In this document: positions 38,807 to 53,559 of the stretch, piece by piece
Numbering within the stretch: the stretch's first letter is position 1
Layout of the letters: every line of letters starts with the position of its first letter
Assembly: GCF_009914755.1 (NCBI RefSeq)
Contig: NC_060926.1
Length of the DNA stretch: 64,000 nucleotides
Direction: 5' to 3' (one strand)
DNA from: the human T2T-CHM13v2.0 reference genome, Homo sapiens
The notes under the pieces: generated by a model
Told to the model about the DNA's origin: nothing
What the model saw: only the letters and a program-made list of their open reading frames with translations
Databases searched by the model: none
Position numbers and translations under genes: made by a program

Positions 38807-39799
38807 CCCACACCCTAGTCTCTCTTTTTTTTTAACTTCAGAAATTTATTCTCAATTTCATCTCAAAGGCTAAAGGTTAATATAACATAAAAACTCTTCA
38901 AAATATTGTCTTCTTCCTGAGAATGACTTGTTGACCTTTAGGAGGTATTAGTTTTTCTGTGATACATATTTAGGAAATAAAGATGCTCATAACTAATAAC
39001 CTTACTTTCCTCTTGTCAGTGAATCCAGAATTTCTAAGTTTGTTGTTGTTTAAGACAGTGAAGAGAAACAAGATAGGATTCTATCAGAGTTCCTGGCACA
39101 ATTTGTCTACCTAACTTTTTCCCTAAGAGTGTTTTCTTTTTCCTCTCTCACCCTCTTAATAAGAATGTTAAGATCCTGAAGTTTTATAAAAGACAACGTG
39201 TCTTAGTATTGGCATCCTTGTATGGTGGAATATCTCTAGGCTGGAGAAATGTATTCTATTCAAATTCCAGCCCTCTTTTATTTTGGCATCAAAAGGCATT
39301 TGTGTTTTCTGCAGCAAAAATGAAAAATGATAGGACCACCTTTTTACTGTTTTCTCCTACTAGGCAGAGGGTTCACTCTTGAGGGCACACATATTTTTTT
39401 TTTTCCTTCCAATAATGCCATTTTATTTTTTAATAAACACGAAGTGAATGTTTTCTGAGAGGAGAAAGACATGGCCTCAGAGAATTCTAATACTGACTAG
39501 GTTGTTTATCTTCTAACCGAAAATGTATTTATTGTTTGCTGCACCTTCACTCAACTTGCAGTCTAAGTTTGAGAGGGGGAGAGAGACAGAGAGAGAGAGA
39601 ATTGATTAAGGAAGAAGATAGGAAACTACAGGAAGGAAAGTGTTTTAGGTCATCGGTTCTTAACAGCCATCTTTTCTGCCATATAGAAATCATAAAGGAA
39701 ATAATTTAAAATTGGCAAACAATGTCAATCTTTCTAAAAGCTTATTATGTTATAAAGAAAGTCAACCTATATATGAATAAATGGAGTTAAAGAAGAAAA

Positions 39800-40560
39800 C
39801 TCAACCTTAGTTTTCTTCCTCTGTCTTTATCCTCTTTATCATCTCCTAACATTGGACTACTTTAAACTTTCTTGAAAATTCCTTCTCTTTGATTCTCTGA
39901 CCTAAGTAAAGTTACCTGGGGATGACCTCTGTTTATCCTGCCTTCTTGGAAATGTAGCCATCTCCTAAAGTTTTGTCCTTAAAACTCTTCTCTTCTCTTT
40001 CTGCACTCTTCTATTCAAAAAACACAATCATCCCTGTTGGCTCAATTATCACACTTAAGGAAATTTACTCCTAGATCTGTCTCTTCGTTCCTGATTACAA
40101 TTCCCTAGTTGCAATAACACACTCAACATTTGTGTGTTATTTTATATCTAGACTGTTTTCCAGTTTCTTAATTCGAAAAGTCAGATTCATATTTTTTATC
40201 CTTTTTTACCCTCAATTTTATAACCAGTTCCCAAATCTCAATGCTTTTTGCATTGCACGTTCCTCTTCCCATTCTTATTGCCACCACCCGGTTTGAACCT
40301 TTTTTACTCCCTACCTTGATTGCCAGGATCACCGGTCATGTCTTGCCCTTCCCCACTAGTATTTATCCATCCTACACACTGTGGTCAGCTTAGTTTACTG
40401 AAAGCATTACTGAGATCCACTCCACCTAAAGAAATCACAATCTCCACTTTAAGATCCATTTGAAATTCCACTTCCTCCATGGCATTTTTCCTCTGTATAC
40501 ACACTATAATATCTTTATAATATCTTCCTTCTTTTACATCCCGTAATATTGAGTGTGTTT
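39800..40560 (+). mobile_element. Degraded L2 LINE
   Basis: Pyrimidine-rich L2 ORF2/3'-like segments ('ctcttctcttctctttctgcactc', 'tatccatcctacacactg', 'ccacttcctccatgg'). Confidence 0.55.
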
Positions 40561-42799
40561 TATGTCAGTTGCCTTACCCCTATAGCTATTTTTGTGACAA
40601 AGCAGATAGAAAAAGAGAAATTCAGAACTTTTCAAAAAACCAGTATCACAAAAATGAATCTATGTCTCTCAATGTTATATTTTGCATCCTTTGCATATGT
40701 AAACTTTCAGAGTATTAATTTGATAACTGTTTTTCAGCATTCTTTGAATTCTTCATTCACTTGAATGTTACACATTAAGACTGAACTCTCTTAATTATTC
40801 AAAGACTATGATATAAAGTAAGATTGACACCTTCTGGGAAATGGTAATCTGGTACAAAACAAATGTAACTAGAAAGAGTGAGAGACGACATGGAATGCAA
40901 CCTGTATGTACTATTATAGTTTTGTGAACTTTGAATTGGATTTCTGAAATAAAGCAGCTCACTTTTGCATTATCTGGAACCTGTCCAAAATGAAACCTCA
41001 ACGACCTGTGATTCCTCAAGGCCACACAAAAGCCCAGCTCTAATGATGAACAATAACCTCCATTCTTCCTGTTTCTTAGCCTACTGTCACTGATGGCTTT
41101 TTAAATGGCTGCAAAAGTGACAATTACCCAACTCTCAGAGAAAAAAAAAATGTACTGCCAAATCAAGGGTGTAGCTAGCTCATTTATACAGATTAAAAAT
41201 ATCAATATTCTTTACCACTATTTTTCATCTTGCCCTATAGATATAGAATCACCCAAAAGCTAGCGGCCCAAAAAAAATTACATCATTTTTTAGTATTTTC
41301 ATGGTACAAAATTGTTCTCATATGGCTGGTAATCTGAAAGATGGCTTATATTTAAAAAGAACTTCAACCAGAAATTAGCACATTTGGAGTCCACGTGACC
41401 ATGGTCACAATGTTGAACAGCTCTCTTGACCTTATTCCCCACTTTTTGTTTTCCCTAAGGAGAAAGAAGTATGTTAACTTAGTTAAGTATTCAAATTAAA
41501 TATCTTAAGTGAAAAATACTCAGGTCTGACTGGAAGAAAGAGGAGATTGAGTAGAAGGAAGAGATGACTTATAACTAAATTTTTGTATGCACAGTATGAA
41601 AAACAAAATGAAGTAATGTCAAACCCAGTGACTGCATGCTTCATAAAAACAGTGCTATCTCTCTTCACTTCAGTGAAAAGAAGCTTCCTCGAGTTACTTA
41701 AATGATTGGAGGCAAACATTTTATGGCAAAGAGAAGCTTTCAGCTGGAGGTTTAAATCCTTTAGATTTTTAGAACACATGAAAGTCTGAAGTAATCTAGA
41801 ATAAACCAAAGCAGCATCTCTCAAATTCTTTTCTATAGTTTGTTTGTTAATAGGATCTCTTAAACTTTTGGAAATCCCAAATAACGCTGTCAAAAATTTG
41901 AATATTTAACTCACCCCACAGATTAATATTTTTGAAAATATTTATAATTAATAGAATGATCAGACTTTTGCTACATGATCCATAAGGTAACATCAGACTT
42001 AAGTCCTAGAACATTTACTTAAGTAATAAAGTTGAACTGAACTTCACTCCTAGTAGAATTCTTGCTTAAAAATAAGAAATAGCTCTCCTCCTTTTTGCTG
42101 TCTTCTAAAACCCACTCTTAAAGCCACTTTGGTTTGTTAACTTTCATATCATGTATTCTCACTACAGCCTTCAACACCTGAAAAATTAGTGGAAGAATTT
42201 GACTGATTATAGAGGCTGTTTTCCTTGTTCCACGGCTTGTTCTAAAAGGGATACTCAGCAGAACTTGCATTTTTTTCTTTCATTTTGTGCTGTCTGCATG
42301 AGTAATTACCTCCCTGATTTCTGAGATGCAATTGAGTAGCTTCCACATTAGAAAAATCCAAAGATTGATAGAGCCATCTCTCCTAAAGGATTAGACTGCT
42401 GCTGTAATTCCACGGAGTAGGTCATTCAAATAGCAACATGCTACAAAGTTTAATTTATCTGGTTTTTAAAAGCTAGATATTGTTACCAATTCAAGGGAAA
42501 CTGGAAAGGTCTCATAGGTCTTTTATATAGGTGATGATCTTTTATATTCTCCTGCAGCATTGCTTCCTGTCCTCACGGAATGTGTCATCCCAGGAGATGA
42601 CCAAGGTTCAGAGCTCACTATTTTGAAAATAAAGCATATGACAATTAATTTATTCATCTGTTAATTATAATTTCTGAATATCTGTGCTGATAACTTCAGA
42701 GCAAGCTGAAATCAACAGTGAAAACTTCTTTGCAGTATTTGAATTATGAAGAAGCTTTATAACCTGCTTCAATAATGAAGAATTACTTCTTTTAAACAG

Positions 42800-43182
42800 G
42801 TGTCATCGAGTCAGGTAGCCTGTCATGGCAAAATAGCATAGACTGGTGGCATAAAGAATAGAAATTTATTTCTCACAGTTCTGAGGGCTGGATATCTGAG
42901 ATCAGGGTGCCAGCATAGTCAAATTCTGGTGAGGGTTCTCTTCCTGGGTTGCAGATGGCTGCCTTCTCACTGTGTCCTCACAAGGTAGGGGGAGAGAAAG
43001 CTATCTCTGGTGTGTCTTCCTCTTTTATAAAGACACCACTTCTAGCAAATCAGAGATCCCTGTCTTTATGACCTCATTTAATCTTAATCACTTCCTTAAT
43101 GGTCTAATCTCCAATACAGTTATACAGGGGGTTAGAGCTTCAATATATGAATTTTGGAGGGACACAATTCAGTCCATAACAT
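42800..43182 (-). mobile_element. MLT1A0-like solo LTR
   Basis: 'aaatttatttctcacagttctgagggctgg...gagatcagggtgccagcat...gggacacaattcagtccataaca'. Confidence 0.88.
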
Positions 43183-46100
43183 AGTTTGAAGAAAAATAAA
43201 GAGCCAGTGAGAATTCACACATTTATATGCATAAAATCTGTACAATTCCCAATTCATGTTATGTGTGAAATCTGGGCTTGGGCTCTGGTTCTTTTCTTTC
43301 TTTCTTTCTTTTCTTTCCTTTTTAAACTAATCAGTCTGGTGGTCCCCTGTATCAGGCAGGGTATCTGGCATGCATACTACAGAGATTGCAAAAACCATTA
43401 CAAATAAAATTATTTGAGCTAGCCAAAGAAAACTGAATCAAATTTTGTTTATTCCCTCATAGTTTTCAAGTTAGCTTGTTTATTATGTTTACAAGCTTAT
43501 GTAATTTGTTGCAGATGTTCAGTGGACAGTTGTGTAAGCATTCACTGTTAGAATACTTTTTCATAAAATCCATTTTCCAAATGTCTCAATAATGACAAAA
43601 GACCCCCTAACAGAATATTAAGCCAGGAAATTCATCTAAACATCATAACTGTAATCATAAGTGGTACAAGCTGTAGTTGCTGTCTGATTAATTTTGGCTC
43701 AGTGTAATGTTGCTGGAATGATTATTTTTGACTCAATTTTTTTCTCTTTAAATAAAAGTAAACACCAAAGTGAAGAGGATACAGGAAGAAATGGTGGCCT
43801 TTTAAACTAAATTATCAATAAAAGCAATGAGTTTAATTCTCAGGTAATCTTACAAAAATGTGCTATTTTCTAGCAGCAATATTGAAAATAGACTCATACT
43901 TTCTAGATAAAATGACTGTTTATTCATTTAAATATATTTTTACTCTATTGGCATAGTTGGGTACATTTGTTTAAAAAAGTTTTCTGTTATATCATTTATT
44001 CTTGGCTTTTAAAACTAGTTCTGCACCATAGTCAGTTTAACTGAGAAGCAAGATCTTTGTAAGTTCGCTGCACATTTAATTAATAGAAATCCAACCTCCC
44101 AAGACAAACCACAGATGCTGTACATATTTAGCAGGGTCTTCTAACCAGCTGCACTAATCTGGGCTGTAACACTACCCTGTAGCTAAACATCTGGACAGAG
44201 CTAGAAAACAGAATAATAAATAGTTTTAGATTTCTTTGAGACAGATGCCTACAGGTGACATCACAAAACATAAACATGGAAATAGAAACAGAAATATTTG
44301 TTGCCTGATACAGTATTACAACTGGAAAGACAGGTCATGCAAATTTCTCAATACTGCCCTCAACAAATTTGACTTAAAACAACACCATTTTCCATTTTAT
44401 AACTAGCTGTCAGATTGCATAGTATAAAATCTTAGAGTTCAAACAGAGATGAGGTAGTACAGTTATAAAAATTGCACCACATTCTGAAAAAGCTAAAGCA
44501 CTGGCTCTCTTATGATTTAGTACTTATGTTAGAAATAAATTTAACTTCCCTAGAGAGCATCATGTCAAAAAAAATGCTCTTATATCCTAACCCTTCCCAT
44601 TTTATTAGGACACTATTGAATTCACCCTAAGACTGGTGAGAACTGGTTGGTTCTTTTAAAGCTTCTATCAGAGGGGTAGATTTTTCTAACTGTACAGAAT
44701 TTAATAGGGTAGTTGACATTAATTTTTTTTCATTTTAACACAGTTGGAAGTTGAAAAGACTTCTATACCAGTTGCTTTGAGTATCATGCTTCCAGAGTAG
44801 CCAAACAACTTCTCCTTGTTTTCAGGGTAGATTTAAACTTCTTTTGATGATACAGAGAAATAATAAAGAATGTCTTATCCCTAATGGCAAATTTTCATTG
44901 TAATAGATAGAAATTCGAACTATAGTTATACAATAGACATATTCCTTCTAGAAAGGGATTAATTGTAAATATCTCTCCCTTTCTCAGATTAGAAATCAAG
45001 AGCTATCATACTCAAATAATTTAAGCCTAAAATAAACATAGCCAATGCATACACGATAGGTTATTTGAAAACTTTAGTTTGATTCTGCAGGAACACTATA
45101 CATTTAGAAAATAGTTCTTATCTCCCTGGGAACTCATAGCTCATTAATTAAGGTCTCCATGTAATCCTAGATAAAATGTGATAAAGTTTTATTTTTTAAT
45201 TCAGATTTGTCTTTCAGTAATTTGGAATAAACATTCACAGTTCAGAGTTCGTTTTTATCCTTTCAATGTTATTTCAAATATATCTAGAAAGTGAGCCTTA
45301 AAGGCTTTCTCAGGAATGCAAACTTAGATATCAACATTCATGGAGGACAATATTGTTCTCTTAGGTTCTTAGACCAAGGGTATTTTTTTTCCTATCATAT
45401 CTTTTAGAAGATTTATTTGCCTCTATATTCTGATAAAATGGCTGTCTTCATATGAAAAAAAAAAATTTAGAGGTTTTTGAATGTTTATTATCCTTTCTAT
45501 TGTAGGATAAAATAGTCAAATATATGCTGTTAAGAATTCACAACATCGCTATAGCTGAAAAAAACAGAAGTTTACCATTTGACGATGAGAGAGGAAAGAA
45601 TACCCTGAAAACTGATAGTTTACTGAGCATCATTTTTACCATAATAAAAAGGTAATTAAGTTTCATAAAGTGTGTTTAGAATGGTATCAAATGAGGAAAA
45701 AGGATTTTCTCATTCTAATGTTCAGTATCCTGATTGAAAGACAGCCCAGGGCTTGGGGAATAGAAGAATCCTGGAGAAACTTCATTAGAGGATAAGGTCA
45801 TATCTAGACAAAAACCAATAAATTAAAATATAATAGGATATAATTGTACAAAAATAGAAGGATAAATAAGCTGAACATAAAGACATGGATTAAGAAACTT
45901 GTATTTACTTCATTTATAAACACATTTATGTGTATTTGTATATAACTATATAGCTAGAAAGATGGGTAGATTAATAGTTATATAAATATATCTATCTATA
46001 TTCACAAATCTATGCATATATTTTTTCCAGGAGCAAAAGTCTAATATTTGATAGAATATTTCCTCCAGATAGCAAGAAACAAATCCTACTTCTACAGTGT

Positions 46101-46379
46101 AACACCTTGTTATTATTTTACGTTTATTTCAAAATGCCTCATTGTAAGTATATTATGTAGCATACTCCCCAAATTTTTGCTAAGACAGCAATATGTAGGA
46201 AAAATTATCTTGTCAGTTTACTCTGTATAACATACTTGACTCAAATTATTATTTGGAAACTATTCAGCCCAGATAACAATGCGTATGGGGTATCCTCAAT
46301 AATATATTTATATATTTTTAAAACAATTAATTGGAAAAGATTGATATCAAAATTGTGGGGTAAGGGCTATATATAGTAC

Positions 46380-46565
46380 AATCAAAACATTACATATTAT
46401 ATATACACATATATACTATAGGTACATGTATATAATACACATATGTAATATATACACACAACACACATATGTGTACTTACACGTATAATTATGTAATATA
46501 TATGCCTAAATAATATATTTTAAAATCATATATTGTCTATGTAAAATATAAGTATATATATTGAC
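46380..46565. repeat. Degenerate TA/CA-rich low-complexity tract
   Basis: 'atatatacacatatatactataggtacatgtatataatacacatatgt...'. Confidence 0.7.
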
Positions 46566-46639
46566 ATGTAACAGGATGGATTAGGCAAACCCAAGAGATC
46601 ATCAAATGTGGAGAAGTCAAAGGTGAGTATCCCCCACTG

Positions 46640-46890
46640 AGTTACCTCTCTGATTGCTCTGCTGCTCCGTGAACACATCAGGTATGTTGCCACCTTGAGC
46701 CACTGGATTTAGCTGCTCTCTCCCTGTGGAATGTTCTTTCCCCATACAGATGCACATATTTCTCCATTAACTCTTTCAAATCTCATTCAGGTTTCAACTT
46801 GTCAGCTTGCCATAAGAACTTCCAGGCCCCCTATTCAGAATTGCTCTTCTACACCCCTAGTGCTTGTACATCTTGTCCCCTTAGTTGCTC
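46640..46890 (+). mobile_element. L2 fragment
   Basis: 'ccgtgaacacatcagg...ggaatgttctttccccatac'. Confidence 0.6.
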
Positions 46891-47189
46891 TAGGTTTGAT
46901 TGTTGTGGTGGTGTGGTTGTTTTGTGACGGTGATTGTAAACTACTTATTACTTTTGTTATAAGTAGTTTAAATTAAATATAACAACAATCATTGTAGTAG
47001 TATAATAACTATTCATTGTTACTAATAGTTGTAGTTACAACTAATAGTTACTGGGATTCCCCCATGAAAAGAGGACACCTTCCTGGCCTGAGGCTGTGGG
47101 GATTTAAGACATAGAGATGGCATATACTACCTTATAAAATGTAAATTCACTGAATTTTTTGGATAAAAAAAACACCTCACATTTTGACA

Positions 47190-47380
47190 GCACTTTATTC
47201 CATTGGATCATCACAAGATGGAGTTAGGACAGATATCATCAGTCTTCATTTTTCAGATGAGGAAACGGGATTTAAACAAATTAAGCTTTTCAAGGTCAAA
47301 TCTCTAGTAAGCGAAAGAACTAGGACTATAATATGTCTCTGGCTTTTAATCTAATGCTGTTTTTTCTAAATCATTCTGCT
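47190..47380 (-). mobile_element. MIR SINE
   Basis: 'catttttcagatgaggaaac...caaggtcaaatctctagtaag...gaactagg'. Confidence 0.75.
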
Positions 47381-48679
47381 ACCCTTACATCAAAGCCCAG
47401 GTCACAGCAACTCTGATTTACTGAGGGTACTGATACCAAATTGAGGGCAACCTGAAGCAACACTCATTCCAATTCATTTCCAGTTTGTACGATTCTTTTT
47501 CCCCCACTAGCTTTAAATTTCATCATTCTCTCCAATAACAGTAATAACCAAGATTTATTGGGGACCTACTCTCGACCATCATTATACTAGTTTTACATTG
47601 CACTGTTTCATTTATATCCCATAGTATAGGAACCCAAGAAGAAGAACTGACAGAGAGAAAAAGAAAGAGAATGAGATTGTGTTTACTCAGACTTCTTCCA
47701 GGAATTCTAATAAATCAATTGACTGACTAGGTTTCAATCATTCACATTTCTATTCTTTCTAAATGTATCCAAGATGCAAAGATATCTGCTATCTAATAGG
47801 AAAGTCGGAAATCATTCCCTCTATTTGCACTCAGAACAGAATTTCTTAAGCCTAACAGAAAAGAAAGTACATCATTTATGTCCCTTATTTCATAGGACCT
47901 CTTAAAGTCCCAGGAGAATGTTCTGTTCATTAAGCAGTAAGCCTGGGGTTATTGGCAAAATTTCACTAAATCCTTCCACATCACTTACTGCTGGCACGGA
48001 TTTCTGTGCAAGAGAGCACATATTCTCCATCCTGGTGAAATGCCTTGTACTGGCTAAAGTGCAAACCAAATTTCCTGCATCTTAACTCCTGAGGGGAGTG
48101 CCTCTCCTCATCTTATCACCTATAACCCTACACTCAATTTCCTGGTCCAACCCTCTACTAGATCTGACTCATAAGGGATTAAGGAGAGGATTGAATAGAG
48201 GCATGCTGATCTCCAAAGGAACTGAATTTACTTCCTGCATACTAAAATCTTACTGTCATGCTTTATTTTCTGAAGGGATTTTTCCTCCAATAGCCTCAAA
48301 TGAGATTGGGAACCCTTCTCCAGAAACTGAAAACTAGTTTTTAGCCTGTTAATTCACAAGTCACTGGAAAATCTGGTTACATTACCTGAAACAAGCCAAA
48401 GGCTATCACCAGCTTCATCTTAACTAGGTGGAATGATCACCAAAGATACCTGATCCAAGAGGCATTCCAATAATCTCTCCCCAGAGTGTGACACGTGGGA
48501 GGGGCAGTGCTTCTCAGAATCTTTGTGCTTATAAAAAGGAACTAGATAAAGAAAAGAAACTAATTAAACAAAGCAAAAACAAACAAGGCAGCAAGGGCAA
48601 ACACACTGTAATAAAAGATAACAAACAAGTTTTTTTTTTAATGCATGGGTTCAAGGATTTTTAATGCACAGATTTAGAA

Positions 48680-48782
48680 ATTAAGGATAATTGATTCTAA
48701 GACACACCTTTTTCAGTTTAACATCTCTAAAATCAGAATCATAGTGGTACAAAAAATAAGGTGCATCTTACAATGAAATAAT
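48680..48782. mobile_element. MER104-like TcMar element fragment
   Basis: 'ttgattctaagacacacc...ttaacatctctaaaatcag...tgcatcttacaatgaaata'. Confidence 0.55.
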
Positions 48783-49582
48783 TTATGTTGCTATGCTCTT
48801 ATACATAAGAAAAATAATAGTTATCAAATATCTTACCAAATTGTTTTGAGGTGACTTTCAGCATATAAAGAAAATTTCAAATATCTTACCTATCAGAAAC
48901 TGCCTCAGAAAAATAAAAACAGAATCTGGTTTAGGAAAAATAGTTTTTATGCTAAAATTGTAATAAGTAAATTGAAGGCATTAGAACAGGAAGCAAAATG
49001 CTGGGGAGGTAATTAATGATTTAAAGTTTCTAGTCTGACTGGAAGCATTCATTCCACACACTGAAGCATAAAAATTATGTTTATGATTATGATATTATAT
49101 CAGAAAATAATAAATGTATGAAAGTTATGTTTTATAAATATTTTAGATAAAATGTAAATATTACAATATAATTTTCCATAGAATTCTTATCTTAGGAAGT
49201 TGAATAGAGGTCAGCTTAAACCCCTTTGATGAAAAATCTTAGGGTAAACCAAAATACTTGTTCTATTAAAATGTCACCAATACCAATATTACTAGAGCTT
49301 CTACAATACTTACTGTATTATGTGTTCTGACCCAGGCATCCGTCATAAGGAACATGCTTGTGGGGACAATCTCCGCTAGATGCCAGCAAGACAATTTTAA
49401 GAGACTCCAACTTACTCTGGGGATGTGGTATATTTGTCAGTAGACTCAGGCTCAGGAATCTGCATAATGAATAAATATGTGGGATTTATTAGCATATTCA
49501 TTTTTTAATAAAAGTACAGTCAATCCATGTAACAGTAAAGGACTAAAAGTAGAATTAGATGATAGAGGAAATGTGGAGAAGG

Positions 49583-50045
49583 TATAGCTGGTTGAATAGT
49601 GGTCTCCAAAAAAATATGCCCAAGTCCTAACACTGGCACTAAATGTGACCTTACTTGTAAGTCTTTGTAGATGTAATTAAAGATTCGCAAATGAGATCAT
49701 CCTGGAATTAGGGTAGGCTCTCAACCCAATGCCTGGTTTCCTTAAAAAGAAGGGAGAGATTTAAGAGATAGACATATAAAGAAGTCCATGTGAAGACAGA
49801 GGTAGAAAGAGGTTGGAATGGTGCAGCTACAAGTCAAAGAATGCCAAAGATTGCCTGCTGCCACCAGAAGTTAGGAAAGAGGCATGGAACAGACTCTTCT
49901 GCGGAGCCTTTAGAAAAAAAAAAAATCTCTAACACTTTGATTTCAAACATCTCACTTCCAAAACTGTGGAAAAAAATTAATTTCTGTTGTGGTAAGACAC
50001 CAAGTTTGTGGTAATAGGTTACAAAACCTCCAGGAAACAAACACA
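49583..50045 (+). mobile_element. MLT1C-like solo LTR
   Basis: 'aatgtgacctta...gagatcatcctgga...catgtgaagacagagg...ccaccagaagttaggaaagaggcatggaacaga...ggaaacaaacaca'. Confidence 0.88.
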
Positions 50046-50269
50046 GGAATTGAGAGTAAAAATGCAGACAGAGGACAAAATAGGGAGTGAAACAAAGTAT
50101 TGTGCAAATGAGATGAGCTGGTAGACTACGCCATTACTTACCCTAAAAATATTAGAAGTGCTAAAGGTAAGTAGGTAGCTTTAGCACTGGCTGCATTTTT
50201 TTATGATAAAATAAGACTTTGTCAGGTGCCATCATATGATCTGCTCTTCAGTTTCCATTTCCAAAACAA

Positions 50270-50500
50270 TAGGAAGTATAGCAGAAAGATTAAGCATATG
50301 GATACTGAAGGCTAAACTGCCTAGTTTCACATCCTCCTCCATTGTACAGCTTGTGTTTCATATTTGTGTGTTTGTTTCATCTGTAAAATGGTGATGATCA
50401 TAAGACATATCTCAGAGGTGTTGAAAGGATTAGATGAATTAATATATATAAAGTGCTTAAAAGAGTAAAAGTTCTATATATGTGTTTACTTTTATTATTC
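50270..50500 (+). mobile_element. MIR SINE
   Basis: 'ttaagcatatgga...tcatctgtaaaatgg...ggattagatgaattaatatatataaagtgcttaa'. Confidence 0.75.
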
Positions 50501-52280
50501 AAGGTATTGTTGCCATCAAAGTTTGTGAATTCTCTAATTTTAACTCAACAATGTTACAGATCTAATGCACAGATTTAATTTTTGAAGTGAGCAAATCATA
50601 TTACATTACAAAGAGGATGAAAATGAGAGTAGGAACTCCAAAAAGGAGTTTAGGAGATAGTGAGAGAATACAGAATTGAATCGGGGCTCTGTTGAAGATG
50701 CTGACTTCTCTGCTCTGCTCTGCTCTACAAAACAAGATACCAGCTAAGGCAGCACTGAGAAGGGCTTCCAGAAGGAAGCTGGGGCAGTCTAGGGCCATAT
50801 GGTCACTTCACGGGTCCATGGACCCCCTTCTACAAAAAACATTCTCTCCTCCTATACTTTGTCTCTCCGCATCTGTAGTTTGAGATTATATTTATTACTT
50901 TTTTCCTATTTAGTTTTCTTATTGCTCCCTTTGTTGAACTCTCATTTTGATCCAGTTTCTTTATCTTCTCATGACTTTTAATTTATTTTGTATTTTCCTT
51001 TGCTCATCATCAATATTATTTATATTGTATTCACTTAGAAACTGAATGGTGATTTTTATCCCTTATCCTCTTAAATTGTTTAGAAGTAAATCTTATGTAT
51101 CACATACACACATCTTATACTCATGCCTTTGCTTGGACCTTATGATGAAAATCTTCCCCGATTTTTTGAAGTATCTTCTTCACTCTTCCCTGATTTTTCC
51201 AAGTATCTTCTTCCATCCCTGCATTATGTAAGAAGACCATTCTTATTCACTGAAACAAGAAATATTTTACCACATTTTAAAATATTGCATGGCTTGGTAA
51301 ATATCCCAAAGGGAGTACCATTTTTCTAGCAGTTTAATTCTTTTGAAAGTATCAACTACAGTATACTGAAGTGTTAATGTTAAAAGAGGCCTTAAAAAAA
51401 TCTTTTGAAAGCATTTTGAAAAAGTGTAATGGAGTCCAAGTTAATTTTTTTATTAAACATTCATAAAAAAGAAAATGTGGAAGAGCTCAACCTTTTTCAT
51501 ATGAAAATAAGATTTAAGTAATTCAAAGTGATGATTAAATATGGGTATTAAGTAGATTGTAATGTAGTAGCAAATTTTTAAGTAAATTCTAATTTTTTCT
51601 GTACCAGATATCCCCCACAATTTCCACCCATCATCTCTTAACTTATGATAATATATAGATAATACTATAATCATTTTCTTAAAAATATTGGGCCATGTTT
51701 ACAGCTTTAAAGTTAGTCACATGAACTAACACGATCTCTAAGACTCTGATATTTTGTGATGATTTAAATTTTGCATTAAGGCTTTCTCCTTGGTTCAAAA
51801 TCTAACTATAGGACCAATGCAGGTGTTTAGTAAATCATCATCCAGCTTTTTAATATACTCTAACTTTTCATAAATATCACAGAATATTTGGATTAGGGGA
51901 AAGAAGGTAAGAAAAGAATAGGAAGGGGAAAAAACAAAAACCAAGTTGCATTCATTTTTACTTTGTGATCTAGCACAGTAATTATTTTGCCTACCTGTTG
52001 GAGGTGGACAGAGCTGAAACAGTTTTTTTTTTTTTTAATTTTGTTGATATTTAAGAAAGTGTATAAATTTAACCTTAGAAGAGGAACTTCTGTATGAGGT
52101 CTGGAGGTATGTGCCACATCTGGGTCCCACGGCAAGGGAGCAAGACTACACCACAGTTCTGTTGTCCCTGGGTTTGGAAGAACAACAGCTGCTTCTGTGA
52201 ACATTCAAACCTGCTGCCATTTTGAGTAGTCTTCTTCCACACCTCCCGGAATTTCAAGCTCCTTAGAAAATGGTGCTTGC

Positions 52281-52372
52281 CATCTATACCTATGCAACAA
52301 ACCTGCACATTCTGCACATGTATCCCGGAACTTAAAGTTAAAAATAAAAAAGAAAAGAAAACTGAAAAAAAG
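52281..52372 (+). mobile_element. Extremely 5'-truncated L1PA (about 55 bp of 3' end plus A-rich tail)
   Basis: 'tatacctatgcaacaaacctgcacattctgcacatgtatcccggaacttaaag'; 16-bp TSD agaaaatggtgcttgc (52265-52280) / agaaaatggtgtttgc (52373-52388). Confidence 0.92.
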
Positions 52373-53559
52373 AGAAAATGGTGTTTGCTTTATGAGGCAT
52401 ATCAGTTGTGTCTCTATGATCAAAATTCTGTTAAATCTCAAGGGGCAAAAAGCAGTGAGGCTCTGGGAAAGTTAATGTACCTCTTTCTCCTTGTAGAGAC
52501 TCCTATTTCTTACCTTGCTGATAGGCAACCAGTTTTGTGTGTTCTTGCCTCAGGAATTTTGACTTTTGTAATGGAGTAAAAGACATGAAAGATAATGGCA
52601 AGTGTCCAAGAGTGTGAGCTTAGAGGGAGAAAGCTTCTGAAGTCAAGAAGAATCCCTAAGACAGGTAAGAGGACGTGTTTTTAACTTCTGTAATAACAGT
52701 AATCATTCAGATATGTGTAAAACATATCTGAAGATAAGTTCCTAGCCATTGAAGTTTCAAGGTTCATAGAATCCCTGTGCCTCAAGAGTAGCAAAGTAGT
52801 TGAAGAGCTTGCATATTTAAAAGGGAATCTCTAAAGTTACCAGTGCAAGGCAATGATTGGCTCTTCCCTATATCTCAGTTCTATGAGTGACTGTCATAAC
52901 CCTTTTAGGGAGGGTCTTATTATTCAGATTAAGTTTCCAAACTGTCTTATAGGAGGAGAATCTCAGTGTTAGAACTGAGTTGATTTTTAAGAAAATAGAG
53001 GGAAGCACTGGCTCCTACACACTGAGTTTGTAAGCTAAAACCTGCTAAGCATTAAAGCGACCCTTATTGTGGGAGTTCTGAAGGAAAACGTATCCTGTGG
53101 CTGTTGGAATTTTAAGCAGAGATGGCAGGGGAAAAAAAATAGGCCACAGGAATAGAATGACAGACAATGTCCTTGGGTAAGAGAAAACCAAATGGCCAGA
53201 AATTGATGAAAGAATAAATTTTCTTGAGATAGAGTTCAGAAAAAGAGCATTGATTTGAGAATGGATGTTGTACACCTCGATTTTATACACAGATCTACCT
53301 ACAGTTTTACATGTGTGAAATATGAAAAGTCTATTACATTACATGATTCTTTTCAACAAAGCTGCTCATGATAATTGTGATCACATACAGTGAGAAATAT
53401 TCTGTATGTAATACAATATTAAGTTAGAAAAAGAGAGAGGTTACCTCTAAAATGAAATGTAGATATTTTTATACATAACTATGAAAACAAAGTATTCCTT
53501 AATCCTATGTAATCAGTTATCTATTGGGTCAGAATAGCAGGAATAAAAAAAGAGGGAGA

